64,000 nucleotides of DNA from Octopus bimaculoides (Eukaryota). The translations under genes were made by a program, and so were the position numbers. The stretch spans positions 7,328,534-7,392,533 of the forward strand of contig NC_068981.1 of NCBI RefSeq assembly GCF_001194135.2, in the 5' to 3' direction. Positions 39,600 to 51,950 of the stretch are shown here, in pieces. The notes below the pieces were generated by a model that did not search any database, was not told the DNA's origin, and worked only from the letters and a program-made list of their open reading frames with translations. Every line of letters begins with the position of its first letter. The first letter of the stretch is position 1.

Positions 39600-40933
39600 T
39601 GCGCGCATGTGTGTGTGTTTATGTTAATTTCTGTCTCCGATGCCTGTCTAAGAGGAATTATACTCACGGGTATATGTATATATATATGTGCGTTTATGTG
39701 CGTGTGTGGCAACGTTAGCTATGTACGTATACCGTTGCCACATACACACACAAGCACATGCACGCACGCGCACGAACACAGACTCACACATACAAACACA
39801 CACACATACATATACATACATACGTACACAAACACACATGATCACATAGATACATTTATTCATATATACATGCATATGTTCACATATATGTGTATAGCAC
39901 GTTTCAAAATGCACGCAGATACGTATACATTGGCACAGACACACACACACACACACACACACACACAAGGCACAGACACACGCTCACACAGAGACCCCCC
40001 ACACACACGCAAACGCACACACACACATGCACACACACACACGCGCACACGCCTCCGCTCATACACGTATATTTTTCTCCTCACAGACACCCAAATATAC
40101 ACGTAAATACATATGAATACACCTGTGTGTGTGTATAATGTTGCATAAACCTGGTTAATTTAATTCCATATATACGCAACCATAAAACGCTCATACAAAG
40201 AACCACACGCATACACATATTACCGCACACACATATATATACACACACTCATTCACACACACATNNNNNNNNNNNNNNNNNNNNNNNNNNNNNNNNNNNN
40301 NNNNNNNNNNNNNNNNNNNNNNNNNNNNNNNNNNNNNNNNNNNNNNNNNNNNNNNNNNNNNNNNNNNNNNNNNNNNNNNNNNNNNNNNNNNNNNNNNNNN
40401 NNNNNNNNNNNNNNNNNNNNNNNNNNNNNNNNNNNNNNNNNNNNNNNNNNNNNNNNNNNNNNNNNNNNNNNNNNNNNNNNNNNNNNNNNNNNNNNNNNNN
40501 NNNNNNNNNNNNNNNNNNNNNNNNNNNNNNNNNNNNNNNNNNNNNNNNNNNNNNNNNNNNNNNNNNNNNNNNNNNNNNNNNNNNNNNNNNNNNNNNNNNN
40601 NNNNNNNNNNNNNNNNNNNNNNNNNNNNNNNNNNNNNNNNNNNNNNNNNNNNNNNNNNNNNNNNNNNNNNNNNNNNNNNNNNNNNNNNNNNNNNNNNNNN
40701 NNNNNNNNNNNNNNNNNNNNNNNNNNNNNNNNNNNNNNNNNNATATATATATGTATATTTATGTATGCATATGTATGCATATATGAATGTGTGTATGTAT
40801 GTATATTTGCATACATATACACTCTGACATATTACATCGACTATTGATAGGTAGATGTAATGTGTCAGTGTGTATATGTATATGCATAGATAAATACATA
40901 CATATATACACATATAGATACACACATATATCG

Positions 40934-40970
<37 letters not shown>

Positions 40971-41010
40971 NNNNNNNNNNNNNNNNNNNNNNNNNNNNNN
41001 NNNNNNNNNN

Positions 41011-41063
<53 letters not shown>

Positions 41064-41810
41064 ACACACGCTCACACACACACGCTCACTCACAGAGTTT
41101 CACATTTAATTCTAATGAATTTCTCCAAACATGCTGGCGCCATCTTCTCGTGTATGAACATCTTTTTGCAATTGGATTAAGGCAGTTCCTCAAGTAAGCA
41201 TCTTCAGGAACGGTGCACCACTACTACAGAGTATGCAGCCACCCACCGCCACCAGCAGCAGCAGCAGCACCACCACCACCAACACCACCACCAACACCAC
41301 CACCACCACTACCACCACACTCACTAACATTAACACACATTGACATTCATTAGTTCTGTTATTATATACATCTATATACTTCGTGCTCTTTTCCCATCTC
41401 TTCTCTCATTCTTCTCTCTCTCTCTCTCTTTCTGTATGTATATATATACATATATATGTGTGTGTGTGTGTGTGCGTTTGTTTGTGTATATGTCTATGTA
41501 TATACATGTACGTGCTTATGTATATATGTATGTATGAATGCATATATTTATATATGCACGAAGTCAACATGACTTTGTCACACAATTTTGTATGCACTCG
41601 TTCTATTCCACACAGCTTCGACATTATAGGAATTACGTAACAGACATGGTTATGACATGAGTCATGTTGAACCCGAAACAGGCGTAAAGAAAAGACCTTT
41701 ACATCATAACTTTTGAGTATATGGAATATAGAGGAATACAATTGACATATTATGTGTTCCATATAAACGTTCTCATGAAGTCTATTTTGCGCTATTTATA
41801 TAGTTTGCGT

Positions 41811-41865
<55 letters not shown>

Positions 41866-42369
41866 TATTACTCTGTCACTCTGTCTCCCTCACTCCTCCT
41901 CCCTTACTCACGTGGCTCCTACTTGACCATCGGCCATATTTCTTAATCTCCGTTGTAGCTGGAAAAAGGAAAACGTTTTCTTGTTTGTCTCCTGTCCTAG
42001 CTTGACTTACGCGTCGCCACCACAACCTCGTTTAGGCTTAGCAGCCCTTCCTGTCTGTTTTCACTGTCCTGTTTGTGTTACTAATTTTGACCCTCCGGAA
42101 AAATTCCAAATTTTCTTTTATTTAATTTGCTTTGCCGGAGCAACTGTTTTATCGAAAACATATATTGTTGTTAAATGCTCGAAATACGAGACTAGAAAGA
42201 CAGCCAACAACTGATGAAGGGTCGTTCTTTATGTTTGCTTTGTTTTTCCATTTGTGTCTTTCGTTGTTCGAAAAAGTAGTTCATATTCCATGTACTCGTG
42301 CTTCGTAATGAAGATATCTTAGAATTTGTATGATTAAGTAGGATCCGTTAATAATAATGATATAAAGAA

Positions 42370-42456
42370 AAATAGCCTGATGACGCACCGGTGGATTTAT
42401 GTATTAGGTATAGCCTGGTAAAATAAACCACCAGCGCAGAAACACGTGTAGTGTTG
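42370..42456 (+). ncRNA. Type I hammerhead-like motif with long stem II (stems partly decayed)
   Basis: CTGATGA at 42377-42383, long imperfect hairpin, GAAA at 42439-42442, then C-ACGT-G-TA palindromic stem III. Confidence 0.55.
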
Positions 42457-42856
42457 ATTAATATTATCTTCTTTCCCCACAGACTAATAACAGGTAAGGT
42501 ACATATATTTTTTAAAATATGTTTAAAATTTTTTAATTAATTCTAATGTACTTTATTTTATTGTACGATATAGTAGGCTTTAAAATAATTATATTATTAG
42601 ATTAGTATTTTGGATATAACTTTCTATGTGTACTCCAGAAAATAAGGTTGTCCTGAAATTGAAGTTGTGGTCCTATTGGTAAAATCTCAAATTTGTAATA
42701 ATATTATAATTGAAATTGTTTGCTTTGCATTAGTAAAGTGTAAAATAGTAAATATCCTGATAACCTGGAATAATTACTAGTCTTTAACACACACACACAC
42801 ACACGCACACACATATATAAAAACAATTATAAATAAAGGGAAAAGAAAAAGATCTC

Positions 42857-43321
42857 TATGCCAATATGCAGAGAATAGACTTTAAATCGTCAATCACCAC
42901 ATACAATATACATTCACCATGAATACACATCGTGTTCAAATCGAGGAAGGCAAGCTAACAGAAGTTGTAAGAATATGTTATCTCTATATTGAATCAATTC
43001 CGGGATTAATCCAACGGATTTTTCCCTCTTCAGTAGAGAATACGATAAGAAATAAATGAAATACTTACAAGTACTCATAGAAAAAAGCAGAAACGAGAAT
43101 CATGAGTACACACTTATGTACCCCAGTTATATCTAAATATAAAATTCCGTAGCGAGCCTCAGCACACATTTGATCAGTCAGGAACCACAACTGGGGTAGA
43201 AGAAATTGACCCCAGTACTTATTCTTTGTAAGTCTAGTATTTATTCTATCGGTCTCTTTGGCCGAACCGCTAAGTTACGGTGACTGACGATTTAAAGTCT
43301 ATTTCTCAGCACATTGGCATA
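42857..43321 (-). mobile_element. Non-coding PLE-like mini-insertion with 42-bp inverted arms enclosing a hammerhead and a SINE B fragment
   Basis: Arms at 42857-42898 and 43279-43321 (3 mismatches, 1 indel). Confidence 0.6.
42981..43039 (-). ncRNA. Type I hammerhead ribozyme, complete fold, one core substitution (A13G)
   Basis: Minus strand TCTCTA-CTGAAGA-GGGA(AA-AATCC-GTT-GGATT-AA)TCCC-GGA-ATTG-ATT-CAAT-A-TAGAGA. Stems I, II and III all pair. Confidence 0.7.
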
Positions 43322-44638
43322 AAATTTTTTTATCCTATATTAAAAGTATATATATATATACATACACTCAGACACCCATATATTTGCTTGAATATGACAA
43401 TATACCACATCAGCGTTAATGATCGCTATTTGAGGCATAAAACCGATATTCTGAGAATTTACGTGTGTCTGTTATTCAACAGGAAAGAGATCTGACGTTC
43501 AACAATATGAAGCTACACAAACACCAAGAGAACTTTCTCTTTCCAAACAGATTTTATTTAAAGCTTTTCACTTTTTTTTTAGTTATTTAAATTATTAGTT
43601 TATTGTTCATTGATCTATTCGAATATTTATTCATTCTATTCAATCAGTTAAGGAATCAAAGTAACTAGTATTAAAATATCGAGTTAATTATTGCCTTTCC
43701 ACTAATTAATGTGTGTTATGTGGCTATTATTGTTTATTCTCTGGTGAGGCTTGATTCAGCAAGCATTAGCATCAAAAATATTCCAACCATTTCCAGCCTA
43801 TCTTTTTACACGACCTTATCTAATGAATCGTTCCTACCTTAAAATTATCCTAATATTTTAGATAGATTTGGCTGCTATTTCTAGCAGCATGATGTTCCCA
43901 AACCAAGATGAAGGGGATGAGATGACAGAAATGTTAGATTACTAGTCAAAATATGTTACCTTTGTTCTCTGTAGTATGGAATAAAATAATGACATAATAT
44001 TCTAAGCCTACCTTTACCGTAAGACAATATAGAATTATCACTCGAGTAATTAACAAGATAATAATGTGGTTTATGTCTGAGAGAATTATTTTATTATTAA
44101 GCACCTTTTTAACACTAAATACTACGAGTGATATCTTGATGTTGCATGTATTCTCAATAGCATTATTGTAAGTGCGAAACGCTTTTTTTTACAATTAGGC
44201 ATCAATTACTAATTAATAAATTTAATCAAAATACATTACGACATACCTCAGAATTGTTAAGTACAATGATGATTGATAATGTTTTTCATCGTATGAAATT
44301 TTCCGATATGAATTAACTGATTCTTTGGGGAATAAATATTATTTTAGTAACATCACAGAGTGAGCGATAACTTCGTTTTTATTTTATCATTAATGTAATT
44401 AAAATAACTGTGATTTTTATGTATTTATATTAATTACCCCATAAAATACACATTTTAGATTTTAATTAACTGTATGTTTATTGATTAAATTTATTTAAAA
44501 TATTATAAATTTTCTCAAATTACAATCTAAATTATTCATCTGGCGGAGAGGCAAATTGTCATTCGATAATATAGCTATGCTTGGTAAAATAAACATTTGA
44601 ACTCCTGGATTTTAATTCTGAAAAATGCATTCTTTTTG

Positions 44639-44950
44639 GGAGGTTGTGAGACACATGGGTTACTAATTAGGAGGTAATGGGACACAAGGGTTACTAATTA
44701 AGAGGTAGTGGGACACAAGGGTTACTAATTAGAAAGGTAATGGGACACAGGGGTTACTAATTAGGAGGTTATGGGACACAAGGGTTACTAATTTGGAGGT
44801 AGTGGGACACAAGGTTTACTAATTTGGAGGTAGTGGGACACAAGGGTTACCAATTAGGAGGTAGTGGGGACACAGAGGTTACTAATTAGGAGGTAATGGG
44901 ACACAAGGTTTACTAATTTGGAGGTAGTGGGACACAAGGGTTACTAATTT
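44639..44950. repeat. Minisatellite, 10 copies of a 31-bp unit (GGAGGTAGTGGGACACAAGGGTTACTAATTA)
   Basis: Units counted by eye; two carry a 1-bp insertion. Confidence 0.95.
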
Positions 44951-45084
44951 TTTCGTTTATTCTTCTTGTCCAAAGTTCCTCGATTAACGTTGAGTCGCAT
45001 AAAGCACCTCCCCAAGCGAAGGGCATACATGTATGTGTATTTAAAGACACAGGCATATTTATATATGCATATATATGTATATGT

Positions 45085-45460
45085 GGAGGCGCAATGGCCC
45101 AGTGGTTAGGGCAGCGGACTCGCGGTCATAGGATCGCGGTTTCGATTCCCAGACTGGGCGTTGTGAGTGTTTATTGAGCAAAAACACCTAAAGCTCCACG
45201 AGGCTCCGGCAGGGGATGGTGGCGAACCCTGCTGTACTCTTCCACTACAACTTTCTCTTACTTCCTGTTTCTGTTGTACCTGTAATTCAAAGGGTCAGTC
45301 TTGTCACACTGTGTCACGCTGAATATCCCCGAGAACTACGTTAAGGGTACACGTGTCTGTGGAGTGCTCAGCCACTTGCACGTTAATTTCACGAGCAGGC
45401 TGTTCTGTTAATCGGATCAACTGGAACCCTCGACGTCGTAAGCGACGGAGTATCAACAAC
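45085..45460 (+). mobile_element. SINE with tRNA-Arg-like head and family C 3' part
   Basis: GGCCCAGTGGTTAGGGCAGCGGACTCGCGGTCATAGGATCGCGGTTTCGATTCCC resembles tRNA-Arg. tRNA-Arg-derived SINEs (OK/OR1/OR2) are published for octopus; the exact family is not assigned here. Confidence 0.85.
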
Positions 45461-45558
45461 AAATATATGTATATGTGTATCCATGTAAACACATACATAT
45501 GTATGTATGCACATAAATACATATGCTTCATATACGTACGCATTTACCTCTCTATATA

Positions 45559-45598
<40 letters not shown>

Positions 45599-45987
45599 TG
45601 TGTGTGAGCACACACACACATTATATATAATAAGTTGAATTTGTCGTTGTAAAGTCAGTTTAAGAATAAAAATGAAATATTCAATGATGGAGTAAGTTGT
45701 TCTCTGTATGTTGAAAGTTGTCAATTCTTGTTGACTGGGAATCGAAGTTTTGCCAGATCAATTCACAGTACATTAGCTCTTTGTTAATGGTGTTGTATCT
45801 GAAGATTGTTATAAAACTTGAAAGTGCATTTAATATGCTAATGCGTGTATTGAAAAGACAGACCAAAAAAATTGTGGAACTCAGAGTATGTTGGAATTTG
45901 ATTAACTACATGTGTGTATATAGCCACACAGACCACTTTTATACTCACACACACGTGTAAATGCATACACTCCGCATACACAGAGTA

Positions 45988-46275
45988 AGGACGGATGGCC
46001 TAGTGGTTAGGGTTGCAGTCATGAGATGGACGTTTCTATTCCTTAACCGCATGGCGTGTTACATTCTTGAGCAAAGCACTTCATCTCGTGCTCGGCGATC
46101 ACCTGAGATGTGGTGGTACACCGGGCACCTCTTCAGACAACGTCCACCTGATGGAGCGAGAGTGGGCTAATGGACAGCACATACATCTGATCACTCGAAA
46201 CAAACCCTTTGTGTAGCAGGGTCGTTCGCAAAAGAGCTGAACGCTCATACGTCCTCTTCGACGGGAGAGTCCATT
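45988..46275 (+). mobile_element. Degenerate tRNA-derived SINE, family E
   Basis: TGGCCTAGTGGTTAGGG head, CORE-like CTTGAGCAAAGCACTTCATCTC, and a different 3' part. Confidence 0.6.
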
Positions 46276-46280
46276 ATATG

Positions 46281-46473
46281 TATGCTAAAAAGTTCCTGGC
46301 TTTAAGGAAATGCAAAAGTCCTAGTTGGTGGCCAAACATTCCGAGTTCATTTACATGGCTTAGAAAAACTGCAATAAGTGTCTAAATCTGAGAGGGGAAT
46401 GTGTTGAATACAATCATAATTAACTGATCCTCCTGTATATTCTTTTACCCAAAGCCAGGAAATTTTCAGCACT

Positions 46474-46480
<7 letters not shown>
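46281..46480 (+). mobile_element. About 200-bp internally deleted mariner element
   Basis: TIRs TGCTAAAAAGTTCCTGGCTTT and AAAGCCAGGAAATTTTCAGCACTCCTCGT. The interior encodes NKCLNLRGECVE, the mariner C-terminus. Confidence 0.8.
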
Positions 46481-46518
<38 letters not shown>

Positions 46519-46551
46519 ATATATATAGATATATTTTATACATACACACAC

Positions 46552-46582
<31 letters not shown>

Positions 46583-48594
46583 CAAAATACACTCATATTG
46601 TATACACATACATACCAATATATATCTAATAAATAAACATATTTATTTACACACACACACACGCACACACACACATATACACATATACCCTTCCACCCAC
46701 TCATACTTACACACACACACATACATACATAGTCTAACATCTACATATAAACCCGCGCAACGTTCGCAGATTTCTGTTGTTTTCTTCAGGGAGTAATTAC
46801 GAACCTAAGGTCTAATATTTATTTAAATTTAAATTTTAACATTTATTTCAATTAACTCTCTGAAGCACATGAAACACTATTCCTCCTTCAACCCTGTTTA
46901 TAGCTCATAAGTGCTTGAGTAATGGTGAGAGCACACATGGGAGACAACTTTGTGTTCACAGTCACCGACGAGTACAAACTCGGAGGCAGAAAGGAAATCA
47001 TTTACCGTCAATTTAATTTCTTTGACGACCTCCATTTAAAGTCATTGGCTGGAATAATATATGAACTGGCTTTCTTTTACATTACATACAATGGACGTAC
47101 CAAATAGACGTAGACATCATACCCCATATTGTTGATTATTTCTATTTTAGTAGACTAAAGAAAACAAACTGCTTTTAGTGAAAGATCTCAAGTCTTTTTT
47201 GTAAATTTACGAATGATTAACTTTTAATAACTGAGGAAGGACACTCTTATATTTGTGATTAATTTAAAATATTCTTTCTCCTGCATTGCCTTTGTATGTT
47301 TGTATATATTCATTAATAGCACTATTCTTATCGTTGTTGTTATTCTTGTTTATTTTAATCATCATAATTATTGTCGCCGTCATCTTCGGCTTTGTTATCT
47401 CTCCCTTCTTCGCTCGCTACATTCAACATCCTCTGCAATAATATATATTTGTTTGTGTTCACTGAGGCCTTAATCTGATCACGAGTTTGCGGCATTATAA
47501 CGAAATGGGTTCCGCGAAGTTTCTCATTTCGTATTCTCCTCTGCATCTCTGATTATGCTACTATATTACGCTGCATATATATATATATTTATTTATTTTA
47601 TATTTCCAATCTATAGATTTAATCCTGATTTGAACCAGCTGTGATTACAATAGATCTATTAAGTTGAATTTCATATCGACATCCCCGTGGGTATTTTCAG
47701 AAATCGATGAATAGTAAAATCTAATTCAATGTGTTTGACGGCAAATTGTCAAGACGGGACAATCGAAAATGAAAATCAAATTGTTCACAGGCAAACAATT
47801 TGAACGCTGTGTCATAATACAGCAATTGATAGCAACGTTCATCACCATTTCATCGTATCGTCTGTTGTTAACGATAGCAAATACTGTTTCTTTTATTAAA
47901 GAGTGCAGCTGGGGAAACAAATACATTATTTGGTGTTGATTTCAATTTATCTGATCAAGCAGAGTTTTATTGTGTAACAGTTGGCTTCTTGTGTTTTTGT
48001 TTCTTCTGTAAAGAATGAATTGTAAACGTTGTCTATCAGCGAGTAACAGACAAATAAAGAAATATGTGGCTATGATGGCGTTTTTACTCGTCTGATAGTG
48101 TAGAACACACACACATACCCTCACTCTCTCTCAAACACGCGTATAATAAATATACATGTGTCTGTATGTGAGTGTTGGTGTATATATCCACACATACGAG
48201 AGATGGAGAAAAAAGTAAGAGATGTGTGTATGTACGCATGCGTCAGTCCGTGCCTAATGGCGGAGTGTGTGGTTGTGTGACTCTACGTGCGTGTTTATGG
48301 GAGTGTGTGCAATCAAAGATGTGTATGTGTGCGTGTGCGTGACTGTGTCTTTTGTGTGTTTTAATTAGAGAAATTAATAAAGTTTCATAAAACGGAAAAT
48401 TCAGCATTTTTAAGAAGTCAATATTTAGAAAAGTAAAATGAATCCTCGTTTGCCTTTGTCGTCACAGAAGATGTTTTAATGATAACATCTCCATTAAGGT
48501 TTCACCTTACTACACCTACAATATGTGTGTGCGTGCTTGTGAGCGCTCACGAATATATTTGTAGGTATGTATGTGTGTGCTTATATACACATAC

Positions 48595-48627
<33 letters not shown>

Positions 48628-48838
48628 TANNNNNNNNNNNNNNNNNNNNNNNNNNNNNNNNNNNNNNNNNNNNNNNNNNNNNTATATATTAATATATATG
48701 TATATAAGTATAGATATATGTGTGTTTGTGAGCATTCAGGAATATATGCATATATACATACATATATATATATACATATATACACGCCATATAAAGCTAG
48801 ATTTATCTATACTAAAATTGCAGAAGAAATTGTCGTTG

Positions 48839-48910
48839 GGCAGTTTAGCTTAATGGTAAAGCATTTGACGCGTAATCATAGGGATGTGAGTTCGAGTCTC
48901 ATAGCTGGCC
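48839..48910 (+). tRNA. tRNA-Thr(CGT)-like cloverleaf, probably a pseudogene or tRNA-derived repeat
   Basis: 72 nt. Acceptor 6/7 paired, D stem 4/4, anticodon stem 4/5, T stem 5/5, T loop TTCGAGT. Anticodon CGT at 48871-48873, with G at position 33. TTTT at 48920-48923. Confidence 0.65.
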
Positions 48911-50149
48911 GCCGACAGATTTTCCAGCAAAATATGAATAGTTTATCCTGTTCATGCTATATTATTAGCATTATCCTGCGTTTGAGAATAAAATCATTTC
49001 TTTGTATGTATGTATTCACGGTAATATCCCCCGCACTCATCCAAAATGGGGACGCGTACCAACACATCCATGTGGCGCGCTTGAAAATATCTAAATATGC
49101 AAATATATGCATGAGAAGATATACATAAAACAAAACATATAAATCTGCACATATACATACGTACATAAATGCATACAGAAAGACAGACATACAAAATACC
49201 CTGTTGTTGATGTTAAAATTCCAATGAAGGAGCCTTGGATTTAGGTTAGAAACCGGTTCTTTCTCNNNNNNNNNNNNNNNNNNNNNNNNNNNNNNNNNNN
49301 NNNNNNNNNNNNNNNNNNNNNNNNNNNNNNNNNNNNNNNNNNNNNNNNNNNNNNNNNNNNNNNNNNNNNNNNNNNNNNNNNNNNNNNNNNNNNNNNNNNN
49401 NNNNNNNNNNNNNNNNNNNNNNNNNNNNNNNNNNNNNNNNNNNNNNNNNNNNNNNNNNNNNNNNNNNNNNNNNNNNNNNNNNNNNNNNNNNNNNNNNNNN
49501 NNNNNNNNNNNNNNNNNNNNNNNNNNNNNNNNNNNNNNNNNNNNNNNNNNNNNNNNNNNNNNNNNNNNNNNNNNNNNNNNNNNNNNNNNNNNNNNNNNNN
49601 NNNNNNNNNNNNNNNNNNNNNNNNNNNNNNNNNNNNNNNNNNNNNNNNNNNNNNNNNNNNNNNNNNNNNNNNNNNNNNNNNNNNNNNNNNNNNNNNNNNN
49701 NNNNNNNNNNNNNNNNNNNNNNNNNNNNNNNNNNNNNNNNNNNNNNNNNNNNNNNNNNNNNNNNNNNNNNNNNNNNNNNNNNNNNNNNNNNNNNNNNNNN
49801 NNNNNNNNNNNNNNNNNNNNNNNNNNNNNNNNNNNNNNNNNNNNNNNNNNNNNNNNNNNNNNNNNNNNNNNNNNNNNNNNNNNNNNNNNNNNNNNNNNNN
49901 NNNNNNNNNNNNNNNNNNNNNNNNNNNNNNNNNNNNNNNNNNNNNNNNNNNNNNNNNNNNNNNNNNNNNNNNNNNNNCACACACACACACACACACACGC
50001 ACACACACACACACACACGTTGTATAAGTCTGTGCTTATTTCTTTTCTGGCGAGAGTGCATGGTGCGAGTATGTTTGGTGTGAAGGTCGTGGTTGGGTGT
50101 GCTTTATGTTATAGAATTGTGGTGGTAGTATCATGTGTTTATATGGGGG

Positions 50150-50760
50150 ATAGGGAAAGAGATTAAAGGAAGTGCGTCGGGGATTTGAGGCCGAGTAGTG
50201 TGAATGTTCCAAGCGCTAAAATAAAATTTTGTTTATTTTGGAAATGACAAGCAAGGGATTCCCGTACACGAGAAAATTCAAATTGCTGCGTTGCTATGGC
50301 GTTGCTATGGCGTATGATCTGCATGACATAAATTGCCGTATGCAATAAAATAATGACATAATATTCTCAGCTTATCTTCTATACTGTAAGGCCATATAAG
50401 AATATCACAAGAATCGGTCGTTGTATTTGATCTCTTGAAGGTGTTTCCTAAATTGGTCATCAATTCTGCAGCTGTTTGTGAATGTACGAAAATCTCAAAA
50501 GTACTTGAGACTGAATGAATTATATTTTTTTGAAGAATGTAGCCGAAAGAGTCTTTGATGTGGAAGAAGTAATTGTTGGGTCCAGCGAGGAATGGTGAAA
50601 GTGTGACAGCATGGGTGGGTGCATGGGAGAGATTTGGGTGGGTCGTGAGTGTGAATCTGGTGCCGAAGGTAAAATACAATGAACCGGAAGTTTCTCTGTG
50701 GGATTGCAATTAAAAGAAAGGTAGGTTAGGAAAAGGATGGGAAACGGTGGCTAAGGTTGT
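50150..50760 (-). mobile_element. Decayed Penelope-like GIY-YIG endonuclease region (second PLE lineage)
   Basis: GPNNYFFHIKDSFGYILQKNIIHSV..SQTAAELM.. and KQNFILALGTFTLLGL, compared with F.I.DSF.C...N.IY.I..GQT.R.L and EQ.LIF.LGTL.P.GLN. Confidence 0.6.
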
Positions 50761-50838
50761 TGGGGAGTGAATTTAGGGTGTAGTCTAAAATATTTGCGAG
50801 AAGCAGTAGTAATAAGAGCAGCAGTAGCAGCAATAGTG

Positions 50839-50889
<51 letters not shown>

Positions 50890-51339
50890 ACAAGAACAAC
50901 AGCAGTAGTAGTAGTTGTTTTTGTTGTTGTTGCTCTCGTTGCTCTTGTTCAGTGTTGATTGATTAGATTTATGCTCAAAGACGTTCCAGCTGAGACCATC
51001 TCGACTTTTACAGACACAATCTAGCCTTTCGTTTTATCTACCAATGTAGGCCATAACTTCCCCCAGATATCATTATTCTTTTCCATTTCACTCCTGTCGC
51101 CATTATTTTTAATGGTTTCATCTTTATTTATCGTTTGAAACGATAGAAACATCTAACAATGGTTTCTTCTTTCAAACCTCAAATTTTGATTTAGGATTGT
51201 GAGGCTGAACCACAGTTCATTTTATGTTTGATGGAGAATCAATATTAAGCGCCACACATCTCAAAGCATGTGGACCACTCGAATCCAAGGAATCCAATCT
51301 TTGGGGACAAAACAATTGTAGTCCTATATTTGAGAGATG

Positions 51340-51442
51340 AGAAATTATGTACATTATTCACATTATTTACATTAATCGGGTATCTTGGGGAAATTTTGAA
51401 CCTGGGTTCTCATTCCTAAGGTATTTTTCGATGTTGTTGTTG

Positions 51443-51496
<54 letters not shown>

Positions 51497-51950
51497 TCAC
51501 TGCCTGGAATCGAACTCGGAATCTTGGGGTTAGTAGCCCGCACTCTTAATCACTACAGCATATGCCCGTGGAAAATGCGAAAACTAAAAGAAGCAGCACA
51601 TATGCTAGGACACAACAACCTTCTAAGCAGACTGAGTGCAGATATGAATAGCATATGGGAACTGGTATTAGGGAAGGATAGGAACATATTAGATTTATAA
51701 GCCCTAAAAGTTGACTCCATAATTGCCCAAGGGCATATGGCGTGGTGGTTAAGAGTGCGGGCTACTAACCCCAAATTTCCGAGTTCGATTCCAGGCAGTG
51801 ACCTGAATAATAATAATAATAATAATAACAACAACAACAACAACATTTGACGGATATTTGGAATGAGAACCCAGGTTCGAAATTTCCCCAAGACACCTGA
51901 TGAAAACTGGAGGATATATATCCGTAAATAATGAAAACAATTGTAATGAA
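51340..51950 (+). mobile_element. PLE insertion: endonuclease C-terminal fragment between inverted arms carrying a tRNA-like head, (AAT)n and a decayed hammerhead
   Basis: Spacer 51568-51730 encodes WKMRKLKEAAHMLGHNNLLSRLSADMNSIWELVL. Heads at 51492-51567 (-) and 51731-51807 (+). Both continue into GGAATGAGAACCCAGGTTC.AAATTTCCCCAAGA.ACC; the right arm then has CTGATGAA at 51898. Confidence 0.75.

Noticed and set aside
42205-42240. CTGATGAAGGG motif
   Set aside because: No downstream GAAA or stem II partner, so not a hammerhead in this copy.
44639-44950. CRISPR-like regular repeat
   Set aside because: The units are directly adjacent with no unique spacers, there are no cas genes and the context is eukaryotic.
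46745-46800. Minus-strand CTGAAGA…GAACGTTG
   Set aside because: The core is incomplete and the stems do not pair.
50305-50709. 134-aa ORF listed on + in the track
   Set aside because: The peptide actually reads from the minus strand and is the decayed PLE endonuclease region, not a host gene.
51492-51807. Two functional tRNA genes
   Set aside because: The acceptor and anticodon stems do not pair; these are tRNA-derived heads within a repeat.
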